Below are positions 7,601 to 15,143 of a DNA stretch of 32,000 bases, one piece after another. Each line of letters opens with the position of its first letter. Within the stretch, counting starts at the first letter, position 1. This stretch comes from Cylindrospermopsis raciborskii Cr2010 (lineage in GTDB: Bacteria; Cyanobacteriota; Cyanobacteriia; Cyanobacteriales; Nostocaceae): NCBI RefSeq assembly GCF_003367075.2, contig NZ_CP065936.1, positions 1,440,001 through 1,472,000 on the forward strand. Reading direction: 5' to 3'. The position numbers and the translations under genes are program-made. The notes beneath the pieces were generated by a model. That model did not search any database. It was not told the origin of the DNA and worked only from the letters and a program-made list of their open reading frames with translations.

Positions 7601-10469
7601 CCACATCTCCCGTTTGACGACGGGAAGCAAACACGTAGTAATCTTTAGTTGCCAGGCTACGGTAAATAGTTATTCCGTAGGCGCTGCGGGATGATGATGA
7701 GTAAGGAGCAACAAAGGGTAAGCTTTGAAACAGAGTAGTGACACTACTATCAGTGATGTTCTCTAAATAGTTCCCACCTGTTCCCTGGGGATTAATTTTG
7801 AAAATCACCAACTTGTCGTTTTGGCGATCGCTTGCTACCGCAATATCTATCTTTTCTCCACCCAGGGTGAAGCCATATTGGAGATCAATATTATTGTAGC
7901 GAATTGACCCAGGATTAATTTCCTGTAATAATTTGCCCGTTAGGTCATAGACTCGCAGTCCAGCATTTTTCACCGCTGTTAAAATGATACTCTTACTGGG
8001 GTCTTGACTATTGACGTAAATGGCTGGGTCATCCGCATCTGCTCTTTGAGATGTTGGTAAAGTAGGATCATCAAATAAATCCGGGCGGGTTTCTACCGTG
8101 GGAATTACAGTAGGTAATAGTTCCCCACCCAGAGTGAGGATCTGGGTAAATTGGGTCGCACCAAAATTATTGTCACTGACCAATACTATGGACTGACGAC
8201 CATCAGCTAATCGGGGGCCAAAGCTCAATCCTTCTATATTGTCCGTTCCCGTAGGATGGTTCCCATCACTATTGGGTAAATTTAGGGTATCAAGGTTGAG
8301 GACCAGGCGTTTTTGTACAGGTTGAATCGCTGCTAGTTGATCACTAGTTATTCCACTCAAGGAATTAATTGTAGTGATATCCGTTGCTCCTTGAAGAGTC
8401 ACTTCGTAGATCTTGATGGTGTTACCTTGTCCCACCGCAAAAGACCTTTCCAAGGCTAATAGAGTACCACGATTGTCAATCGCTAGTAAGTCCACTAACC
8501 CACTATCTGCTGCTGTACCACCTGTAGGTGCTTTGGCGATCGCATCTGCCAAGTATAAATATTCTTTTTCCGGTTGTCCAGTAACTAAATTATACTGAAT
8601 AACACGAGAACGACTAGGAGCGGTTAAGGACGTGCGATCGCCATCTTGTAGTAAGGCATTTTCCGTGGCGGTATATAGAGTTTTTTGGTCAGGGGAAATA
8701 GTCAAACTTTCAAAAGCCAAGTTATTGCGCACCCCGGATGTTTGAGTATCACCAGTATTAACGACCCCGTCACCATTAGTATCTTGAACCACAGGTAAGA
8801 ACTTGCTGGGAACAAGCAAGGTTCTAATTTCCTTTCCTGTAGTCAAATCAAACTCTTTAATAAAGGGGTTGGTGACACGACCTGCTGAGGGATTAGCCTC
8901 ACCTTCAGAGGAAATAAACACAGTTCCATTGCTAGTGAGAGCAATACCCTCTGGGCCAAGACTCAAGGCTGGGAATAAATTACCACTGGTATCCGTAATC
9001 GGAGTAACATTAGTAAAGGTGATGTCACTAGTAGCAGGATTCAGGGTAAAAGTATAAAATCGAGCTGGACCAAATTGGGAACGGTCATCAGAGATAGCAT
9101 AAAAGAGACCTTTAGCCACATCATAGACAACACCGGATAAACCACCCATGGGGGTGTCTGTGCCATTAACTTTTCCTGGAGTACCGGGGGGGATAAAACC
9201 AGTGACAAAGGTTTTTTGACCCACAAACTTTAGATTGGGAACTGTCTTTCCTCCCGGGGTTGGGTCAACTTGAATATCAGCCAGTACTAGGCGATGATCG
9301 GAGCTGGGAAAACCACCAGGTAAGCTAGAATTAAAGGTTCCTACCAGTGCAAAGTTAGGGTCAGTATTAACCGGCCAAAAAACTGCTGAATTGGCAATTT
9401 TGAGATCCGTAGAAGGTAAAACATAATCTGAACGTAAGTTACCGGGGGTTGTATCAGCAAAATCAGATGTATCAAAAGCTGGGTTGCTCCGGTGATTGAC
9501 ATTTGCTCCTCCCTGTAAGGTTGACTGTTGCACAGCGCCTAAACTGGTAGGGATAAAATTGGTATTAATATTAGGATTTTGGAGCAATTGCAAAATGGCC
9601 TGATTGTAGCTGTCTCCATCCTGGGGATCGGCATTTTCATCGCCCATAATGACAAAACTAGACCCAGATGCTAAACTACCTTTTTTACCCGTGTCATCAT
9701 AGATATAGTCCCCCTTACCAGGAGTTATATAGTCACTCCAAAATCTAATTTCATCGTAATTACGTTTGCCATTACGGTCTTCTGTACCGTCAAATACGGG
9801 TGGAGTGGGGTGACTAACTAGAACGTGAATGGTTTGATTACCAATCTTGATGGGTACATCCCAATGACTTTTGGAAGAAAGACGTAGTACGGCAATTTCT
9901 TCGGGTGAATAAAAGCTACCAAGATTTTCATTAACTGTGGTAGTAGCAGGATTATCTACCGTGGGGTCATTAGTTAATAAATTGCCTGGCATATCCTTCC
10001 ATAAGAAGTTTTGGAAGGTGCGAACATTTGCCGTGTCAATTTCATACTTAGACAGTAATAACATGCCAAACTGCCCAGGGAAATTACCAAATCCAAAGGA
10101 ATCATCACCATATCCAGCAGCACCAGGTGTTGTGACCACTGCACCATTGTTATTTAAGTCAAATCCAGAAGCAATACCAGTATTAGAAGGAGCAATATAG
10201 AAGTACGGGTAGGTGATGGGTGTTGCTCCATTTTGACTCACACCAAGATAATTCTGTTGCAAAAGTTGAATAGCTTGGGTGGGATTGGTTTGAACGTAAT
10301 CAAATTCATTAATTAACAGTACATCTGGGTTAGCGCGTTGAATTATTTCCGCTACTGATTTGGCCTGGGCATTAGTAGTGGTAGATAAATCTGTAACTAA
10401 CTGATTGCTAGTATTACGGTTAAGGGAAGCATTGAACTGGGAAAAACGGACTGTTTTAATAGTTGCCAT
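4686..10469 (-). CDS. giant secreted multi-domain phosphatase: EEP domain + phytase-like esterase + beta-propeller 3-phytase + PhoD-like phosphodiesterase/alkaline phosphatase + RTX Ca-binding repeats
   Basis: Uninterrupted 1,927-aa ORF. The EEP domain shows VLLINEFDY and SSDHRLVLADI. The beta-propeller phytase shows DDPAIYVN and RYNNIDL. The PhoD domain shows GVASGDTTQTSTILWTR, QLGDTIYAD and DDHEVYNDF. The C-terminal nonapeptide repeats include GSGNDEV, GSGKDVIYAGNGDRIFGGSGDDEIYA, GGSGNDVF, GGDGDDKF and GGAGADQF. There is no N-terminal signal peptide, which fits type I secretion. Confidence 0.9.
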   Translation of the reverse strand: MATIKTVRFSQFNASLNRNTSNQLVTDLSTTTNAQAKSVAEIIQRANPDVLLINEFDYVQTNPTQAIQLLQQNYLGVSQNGATPITYPYFYIAPSNTGIASGFDLNNNGAVVTTPGAAGYGDDSFGFGNFPGQFGMLLLSKYEIDTANVRTFQNFLWKDMPGNLLTNDPTVDNPATTTVNENLGSFYSPEEIAVLRLSSKSHWDVPIKIGNQTIHVLVSHPTPPVFDGTEDRNGKRNYDEIRFWSDYITPGKGDYIYDDTGKKGSLASGSSFVIMGDENADPQDGDSYNQAILQLLQNPNINTNFIPTSLGAVQQSTLQGGANVNHRSNPAFDTSDFADTTPGNLRSDYVLPSTDLKIANSAVFWPVNTDPNFALVGTFNSSLPGGFPSSDHRLVLADIQVDPTPGGKTVPNLKFVGQKTFVTGFIPPGTPGKVNGTDTPMGGLSGVVYDVAKGLFYAISDDRSQFGPARFYTFTLNPATSDITFTNVTPITDTSGNLFPALSLGPEGIALTSNGTVFISSEGEANPSAGRVTNPFIKEFDLTTGKEIRTLLVPSKFLPVVQDTNGDGVVNTGDTQTSGVRNNLAFESLTISPDQKTLYTATENALLQDGDRTSLTAPSRSRVIQYNLVTGQPEKEYLYLADAIAKAPTGGTAADSGLVDLLAIDNRGTLLALERSFAVGQGNTIKIYEVTLQGATDITTINSLSGITSDQLAAIQPVQKRLVLNLDTLNLPNSDGNHPTGTDNIEGLSFGPRLADGRQSIVLVSDNNFGATQFTQILTLGGELLPTVIPTVETRPDLFDDPTLPTSQRADADDPAIYVNSQDPSKSIILTAVKNAGLRVYDLTGKLLQEINPGSIRYNNIDLQYGFTLGGEKIDIAVASDRQNDKLVIFKINPQGTGGNYLENITDSSVTTLFQSLPFVAPYSSSSRSAYGITIYRSLATKDYYVFASRRQTGDVAQFKLIDKGNGKVGYERVREFTIPAPSDSTRSAQTEGMVADQEMGFVYIGQEDVGIWKFDAEPNGSNVGKLVDKVKFEGGQNLTDDAEGLTIYYGKNGTGYLLASSQGDNSFAVYTREGSNDFLGRFAVGSNGAIDSVQESDGADVINLPLGANFPMGLFVTQDGNNEPAKITDGENINSNFKLVPWENIANGFPTSLKIDTTTFNPRTPIAQSLVNGVASGDTTQTSTILWTRSLFTGQVTFEYGTTPDFSTIVGKKTVNVTNTTQPVKVLVDGLTPGTNYYYRVSDVSGGTATGKFSTAATSTTRAGLKFGVSGDWRGELAPYPAINNADTANLKFFVQLGDTIYADVPSPGLKDSKGVEIPQATTLEDYRAKHSEVYGLRYGQNTWGDLRASTSILTTIDDHEVYNDFAGMSPSGTGLTNDNPFYENGLQAFQEYNPISDQFYSQTGDSRIDGERKLYRYNTYGSDAATFVLDARSFRDTELPPVTNPGDSTQVGNFLAQSFNPNRTLLGRPQVEDLKKDLLRASNSGITWKFIMLSGPIQNLGVAAASDRYEGYAAERTELLKFIDDNKIKNVVFVTADFHGTIVNNLTYQTAPGQAQIPTNTWEIITGSVAYDAPFGPTVAGLFLTPQQKAFYDSLPTISDGDSVVNDKDDFIKQAINNGLQPFGYDPIGLNNNLSQVDGLINSKLLQGDYIATHTYGWTEFNINPTTQKLTVTTYGIKPYTEAELVADPNAIINLQPQIVSQFEVEPNANNVPQASQLVFGTTDRDVVVIPSQTDGIKDLIFTGSGNDEVDTTLNTSLEGFPRGENTIHTGSGKDVIYAGNGDRIFGGSGDDEIYATDAKDYRLSGGSGNDVFHLGVNGRALGGDGDDKFFVSEGGGNLISGGAGADQFWIATGDIPKVDNKNLANTIVDFQIGTDVLGISGQVQSFGFKDLTLTNNDIIINGNTIATLIGVNTSTLTVSNFSFV

Positions 10470-10563
10470 TGTTCACCTTTGGGGTTGGGGTTTATGTTGA
10501 GCTAGAAGCAGTTGAAGTTATCAATTAAGTTAATTGCTACATAGCAATACCTCTAATCACACA

Positions 10564-10625
10564 ACGTTAACTCCAAGACGTTAAGATTTAGTTATCTAAA
10601 GATAAGGAAAAGTTCAAGGTTAAAG
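10564..10625 (-). promoter_or_regulatory. candidate Pho-box-like array upstream of the giant phosphatase gene
   Basis: On the gene strand, ~95-155 nt upstream of the ATG, the sequence reads TTTAACCT-tgaa-CTTTTCCT-tat-CTTTAGAT...CTTAACGT...GTTAACGT. These are several imperfect copies of the cyanobacterial Pho-box unit (CTTAACCT). Some have ~11-nt phasing, but the spacing is irregular. Confidence 0.3.
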
Positions 10626-10777
10626 AATTTTTGACCCGAAATTTTTGGGTATGGATCGTGAATGCTAACTATTTTTGTTAAAATAGTTAAACACACTCAT
10701 AGGCCTTGTTTACCAAAAGTGTATATAATGGACAATGACTTTTAAAAACTATACCTGACATACAAATAAGATTAACT

Positions 10778-11596
10778 ATGAATACAAACCAGTTAAAATT
10801 TATGCTAAGACTACTGGCATCCCCAGATCATAATGCTGGTTGGACTTCTTCTGCGCTTGAATATTTTAAAAAAGAAAAAAGTAAAATTTGTCAAGAATTA
10901 GAAAAGAGAGAATATGTAGATTACTCCAGAGAAATTGTTTCAGCGCAGATCTTACCTGCTGGTAAAGCTGCATTACAGATTGAATCTTCCCAACTACCCA
11001 TAGCGCCTGAAGAAATAAAGGTGTTACAAAATATAGCTAAGAGCAATCAGAAAATAGAGGTTAGTAAAATTAAGATTAAATCTTTAAAGTCCGATGAAAA
11101 AGACGGAATTTTAAAAATCCTGAGTGAGCGGGGTTTAATAAAGGTAGAACAGAAGATAAAAAGGACGAAAGCACAAGTTTGGCTCACAGATAGAGGACTT
11201 GAGTTTTTACGTGATGAGTACATACCACAAAAAGATTCTCATCCTGTAATCAGTTTAGACATGCTGGGTGCGTACATACAATTTTTGCGTAAGAATGCCC
11301 AGGGAAAAAAATCAGTAATTCCTAGGGAAATAACTGACGAAGAAATTTTACAAACTATTGAAAATTTAGATCGAGAACTGGGTACAGAAAATTACCTACC
11401 CATCTTCCATGTGCGAGAGAAATTACAACCGCCCCTATCAAGAGATGATCTAGATCAGGCATTATATAGATTGCAAAAGATGAATAAAATTGATTTTGAT
11501 CCTTTACAGGAAGTAACCAATTATACTGGAATTCAGATTGATGCGGGAATCCCCCAGAATATTGGTGGTCCATTGTTTTTTATTATAGTTAATTAA
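10778..11596 (+). CDS. hypothetical protein with several winged-helix-like DNA-binding modules
   Basis: 272-aa ORF with a perfect TATAAT at 10724-10729 upstream. Three segments look like wHTH units: ELEKREYVDYS..ILPAGKAAL, ILKILSERGLIKVEQ..VWLTDRGLEFL and ALYRLQKMNKIDFDP. I recognise no catalytic motif. It lies 43 nt upstream of the NTPase gene on the same strand. Confidence 0.6.
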   Translation: MNTNQLKFMLRLLASPDHNAGWTSSALEYFKKEKSKICQELEKREYVDYSREIVSAQILPAGKAALQIESSQLPIAPEEIKVLQNIAKSNQKIEVSKIKIKSLKSDEKDGILKILSERGLIKVEQKIKRTKAQVWLTDRGLEFLRDEYIPQKDSHPVISLDMLGAYIQFLRKNAQGKKSVIPREITDEEILQTIENLDRELGTENYLPIFHVREKLQPPLSRDDLDQALYRLQKMNKIDFDPLQEVTNYTGIQIDAGIPQNIGGPLFFIIVN

Positions 11597-11639
11597 GAGC
11601 CAATAATTACTCACTTTCAGTTGTTTACCCTTTACATCC

Positions 11640-13760
11640 ATGACACACATTAATGACATTATCAAACGCCAAACTAACCCCTTTGATTCAATCCAAATAA
11701 AGCCCACTGATTTTTGGGTAGAAGAGCAAGATTCCACAGTGATGGTAGACTCAATTCACCAAGAAGCAATAAAAGAAATTGAAAGTCTACTCGAGCTAGT
11801 AGCCAAAGATCATCGCAGTCGGACAGTTTTGATAAGGGGTAGTTCTGGATCTGGTAAAAGTTATCTCCTGGGTAGACTGAAACGTAAGTTGAATTCCAAA
11901 GCCTTTTTTGCCTATGTTTTTTGTAATTGGAGCAGTAGTGCTGAAATATGGCGACATATTCTCCGTCGTACCGTTGATAGTTTACTGCAAATTCCTGAAG
12001 GAGAACAAGAATCGCAGCTAATGTTGTGGCTAAAAAGTCTCAGTGCATTTACTAAAAGTGGTGTCAAACAGAAAATATTCAATACCAATTTTTGGCAACT
12101 CCTAAGAGGCGATCGCCCAAAATTTATTAAACACCTCAAAAGTACTTATAAGAAAGGAATCTATCATCCTGATATTTTTTTTGGTGTGCTCCATGATCTG
12201 ACCAATCCAGATTTATATGATTTGGCATGTGAATGGCTAAGGGGAGATGACCTAAGCGAAGAATCCATGAAACTAATTAAAGTTAAAAGCTGCATTGATA
12301 CAGAGGAAGCTGCCAAAAATATTTTAGCCAATTTTGGTAAAATTTCTACCCAAACCCAACCGATAGTTTTGTGTTTTGATAACCTTGATACCATGCCTCA
12401 GCAACCCGGAGGTACTTTGGAAATTCAGCCTTTTATGAATGTTAATACAACCATTCATGGTGATAATTTGAAGAATTTCCTAGTAATTATCAGTGTTATT
12501 TCTGATACTTGGGAGCGGAATCGTGACAGTATTCTTCCAGCTGATAAAGCGGGAATTGAAAAACAAATCAGGTTACAAAATATTAGTATAGAACAAGCGG
12601 AAGCACTGTGGATTTGTCAGCTCAAACCACTACACAGATTAGCCTATCCCATACCAGAATCTCCTCTTTTTCCTCTCAGTCGAGAAATATTAGATAGAAA
12701 CTACCCTGGTGGTAAAAGCACACCTAGAAGTACATTAGTTTTGGGTCGGAAGGAGTATCAGGAATATAAGCTCTCCCTCAATGGGAATTATAGTGCAGCG
12801 CAGGAGGAATTACCACCCCAGAACACGGTTGTGGATGACGGTTCCCAAAACCAAAAAGTGGATGTTAAGGGTCAAAATGCTACATTTTCAGCTAACCAGG
12901 ATATAAACCAATCGGAATTCGAATTATTATGGCAACAGGAGTATAAAAAAAGCCAGCAGAAATATAGCAAAATATCTTTATTGTCATCATCTGATTTGAC
13001 TCAAATGCTCATATATGCTATATGTGCCATGGATATTCCTGAAATTCAACCTAAACTAATTAGTGGCAAGTATACCACCCATTCCTTTAGTTATCTCCAT
13101 CCTCAAAATAACCAAAAAACTGGCGTTGTCTGGACAGAAGAACATAATATGAATAGCTTTTATCATATTATGAGTGCTTGTCAAACAGCTATTCAAAAAA
13201 AGGCCTGTGAAACACTTTACTTAATTCGTAGTGGAAATGTGGGTAACCCTGAATCATCTGGTAACCAAATTTATCGACAGATATTCGTAAATACACACAA
13301 CCTTCATATTAGGTCTAGTTTGACTGGAATTCATTTTTTAGCAACTTATCAAAGTTTGGTGAATTCTGCTAAGTCCCAGGATTTACTCATTGGTGGTAAA
13401 ACAGTTGATTTACGAAAGTTAGAAGATTTTGTGCAAAGGTCAAAAGTTTTACACGGGTGTGACTTATTACAGGCTTTGGGGATTGTTAGTAAAACCTCAA
13501 ATCCACACACCAGTGAAAACCGTGAGGAAAATTTAGAAGTTGTCAAAGGTTTCTTGTTTAATTTAGTTAAGATTAACCAATGTATTGCAGTAAAAACTGC
13601 AATTGATAATACACTTAAGGAGTTTCAGTTTCCTGAGACTCAAACAGCTAGTGTTCAAAATTTAATTGATTTATTGTATCAGGAAAAGAAAGTGAAAATT
13701 TTGGGATCCACATCCAAACCGGAAGAGCAAATAATTCTGTGGTGCCCTGATTTTTCTTAA
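11640..13760 (+). CDS. large P-loop NTPase (ORC/Cdc6- or STAND-like ATPase) of unknown function
   Basis: 706-aa ORF with Walker A GSSGSGKSY (nt ~11836-11862) and Walker B-like IVLCFDNLD (nt ~12363-12389). The N-terminal NPF..lead-in, helical middle and C-terminal wHTH-like end (SVQNLIDLLYQEKKVKIL) recall AAA+/STAND architectures. I recognise no effector domain. Confidence 0.75.
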   Translation: MTHINDIIKRQTNPFDSIQIKPTDFWVEEQDSTVMVDSIHQEAIKEIESLLELVAKDHRSRTVLIRGSSGSGKSYLLGRLKRKLNSKAFFAYVFCNWSSSAEIWRHILRRTVDSLLQIPEGEQESQLMLWLKSLSAFTKSGVKQKIFNTNFWQLLRGDRPKFIKHLKSTYKKGIYHPDIFFGVLHDLTNPDLYDLACEWLRGDDLSEESMKLIKVKSCIDTEEAAKNILANFGKISTQTQPIVLCFDNLDTMPQQPGGTLEIQPFMNVNTTIHGDNLKNFLVIISVISDTWERNRDSILPADKAGIEKQIRLQNISIEQAEALWICQLKPLHRLAYPIPESPLFPLSREILDRNYPGGKSTPRSTLVLGRKEYQEYKLSLNGNYSAAQEELPPQNTVVDDGSQNQKVDVKGQNATFSANQDINQSEFELLWQQEYKKSQQKYSKISLLSSSDLTQMLIYAICAMDIPEIQPKLISGKYTTHSFSYLHPQNNQKTGVVWTEEHNMNSFYHIMSACQTAIQKKACETLYLIRSGNVGNPESSGNQIYRQIFVNTHNLHIRSSLTGIHFLATYQSLVNSAKSQDLLIGGKTVDLRKLEDFVQRSKVLHGCDLLQALGIVSKTSNPHTSENREENLEVVKGFLFNLVKINQCIAVKTAIDNTLKEFQFPETQTASVQNLIDLLYQEKKVKILGSTSKPEEQIILWCPDFS

Positions 13761-13785
13761 TCAAACTCAAATCTCCCTTAGTTAA

Positions 13786-13986
13786 GCTAGGGGTGAATCT
13801 TATTTAGGTGCAATTGATGATTTAGTCCGCCTTGAAAGAGAAGATCGCATTGGTCGTTTGTTAGAGTTAAACCCTGTACAACCAATCGCACTAACTGTAG
13901 GTTCTTTATCTTATGGACGTGTTAGTATTACAGAGCCTAGTGATGTACGTCGTCAGGCGATCGCAAAATTACGAGGATACCCTTGA
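13786..13986 (+). pseudogene. start-less open frame, probable C-terminal remnant of a disrupted gene
   Basis: 66 sense codons from the stop at 13783-13785 to the TGA at 13984-13986: ARGESYLGAIDDLVRLEREDRIGRLLELNPVQPIALTVGSLSYGRVSITEPSDVRRQAIAKLRGYP*. There is no in-frame ATG or GTG. It sits between the NTPase gene and the transposon-like end. Confidence 0.3.
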
Positions 13987-14090
13987 AAACTATGTTGTTC
14001 TATCAGAAGATAATATCGTCTCAAACTAAAGGTTGATGAGATTTATTTAAGAGAAAGAAGCCGAGCAAGGGTTTAAATACTAAATGTTAA

Positions 14091-14168
14091 GTCTATGCGA
14101 CATCAATTTGAGAAAAACGACATTTAATTTGGCAATATGGACAAATAATCTGGCAAGCGACATGTACA
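14091..14168 (-). mobile_element. Tn7-like (CAST-type) transposon terminal end, apparently solo in this window
   Basis: Read on the minus strand from the tRNA side: TGTACATGTCGCTTGCCA GATTATTTGTCCATATTGCC AAATTAAATGTCGTTTTTCT CAAATTGATGTCGCATAGAC. That is a terminal TGTACA plus four AATT(A/G)nnTGTC(G/C)-type repeats. The repeat cores sit at 14158-14162, 14139-14143, 14118-14122 and 14098-14102, spaced 19-21 bp apart. The end lies 2 bp from the tRNA-Ala 3' terminus. Confidence 0.5.
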
Positions 14169-14170
14169 AA

Positions 14171-14243
14171 TGGAGAATAGGAGACTCGAACCCCTGACCT
14201 CTGCGGTGCGATCGCAGCACTCTACCAACTGAGCTAATTCCCC
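14171..14243 (-). tRNA. tRNA-Ala (anticodon CGC)
   Basis: The reverse complement GGGGAATTAGCTCAGTTGGTAGAGTGCTGCGATCGCACCGCAGAGGTCAGGGGTTCGAGTCTCCTATTCTCCA folds as a 73-nt cloverleaf. The anticodon loop is AUCGCAC, giving anticodon CGC. It has the G3:U70 alanine identity pair and a GTTCGAGTC T-arm, and CCA is not encoded. A HIP1 site (GCGATCGC) spans the anticodon. Confidence 0.9.
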
Positions 14244-14248
14244 TAGGT

Positions 14249-14995
14249 TTACCCTATTGTAACACGCTCTCCATTTTTCCAATCTTTCTGCTCAAAAGTT
14301 TCCCAAATTCGTTCCCACTCTAAATCCCTTACATGGTCTACTGTCCAGTTAGCTTGACGCTGGAGGATGTGAAAGGGGTAAGTATTAGCAATTCCCACAA
14401 CTTTCATTCTAGCGCGTTTCGCCGCTTCTATGCCAGCTAAGGTATCTTCCAAGGCTAAACAGTCTTCGGGTTGTAAACTTAAATCAACATTTATATCAGA
14501 ATATACTTGATTAAGTCTATCCACGGCTAATAAATACCCTTCCGGTTGAGGTTTACTAGTAGCGATATCATCACCTGCAATGATCACCTGAAAATATTCT
14601 CTTATATTAGCACGTTCTAAGACCAACTCTATTTCTCGAACCAGGGCACCACTAACTAGACCCACGGGCAAATTTTGAGACCGGGCCTGTATAATTAAAT
14701 CCTCTATTCCAGAATAGAGCGGTAACTGTTCCAGACTCTCTAGTTCCTTAATATATTTGTTTGCTTTATTTCGCAGCAGGTTGGTTAAATGGTCTTGACT
14801 GACCACCCTTCCACGACGCTTTAATAACTCCTCAAAACAAGCGCGATCGCTCCTTCCTAAACATCTCAAACGTTCATCTGGCTTTTGGGGTTGTAAATTT
14901 TCTTCCACCAGAATCTCATCTATCAGTTTTAAATGTATTGATTCGTCTTTAATAATCACTCCATTAAAATCGAACAGGACTGCTTTTAAAGGCAT
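14249..14995 (-). CDS. HAD-superfamily hydrolase (beta-phosphoglucomutase/phosphatase-like)
   Basis: 248-aa ORF with HAD motif I-like AVLFDFNGVI at the N-terminus. It also has VGLVSGA (motif II-like) and LALEDTLAGIEAAKRAGM (motif III/IV context). It ends 5 nt upstream of the tRNA on the same strand. Confidence 0.8.
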   Translation of the reverse strand: MPLKAVLFDFNGVIIKDESIHLKLIDEILVEENLQPQKPDERLRCLGRSDRACFEELLKRRGRVVSQDHLTNLLRNKANKYIKELESLEQLPLYSGIEDLIIQARSQNLPVGLVSGALVREIELVLERANIREYFQVIIAGDDIATSKPQPEGYLLAVDRLNQVYSDINVDLSLQPEDCLALEDTLAGIEAAKRARMKVVGIANTYPFHILQRQANWTVDHVRDLEWERIWETFEQKDWKNGERVTIG

Positions 14996-15143
14996 ATAAA
15001 AATCTAAGTAAACATAACTAACATTCCCATTATTACAGGAATGTGTACACTAATAGGGAATACGGAACGGGTTGAGGATACAAAATTTCCCACCCAAAAC
15101 ATAAAATAGTAGGTTGTGGTGTGAAACTTAACATAGGAGTGGA

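Noticed and set aside
630-10200. Many 60-110-aa ORFs antisense to or out of frame with murI, amiC, the antiporter and the giant phosphatase gene (e.g. 630..860, 2011..2259, 3130..3345, 5022..5246, 6811..7116, 7359..7694, 9937..10200)
   Set aside because: These are shadow ORFs inside long, motif-supported genes. Their low-complexity or odd compositions mirror the opposite strand.
11355-13546. Minus-strand ORFs inside the two-gene cassette (11355..11573, 11504..11737, 11912..12139, 12164..12394, 13349..13546)
   Set aside because: All are embedded antisense in the longer plus-strand ORFs, which carry real motifs (Walker A/B). They are most likely shadow frames in AT-rich DNA.
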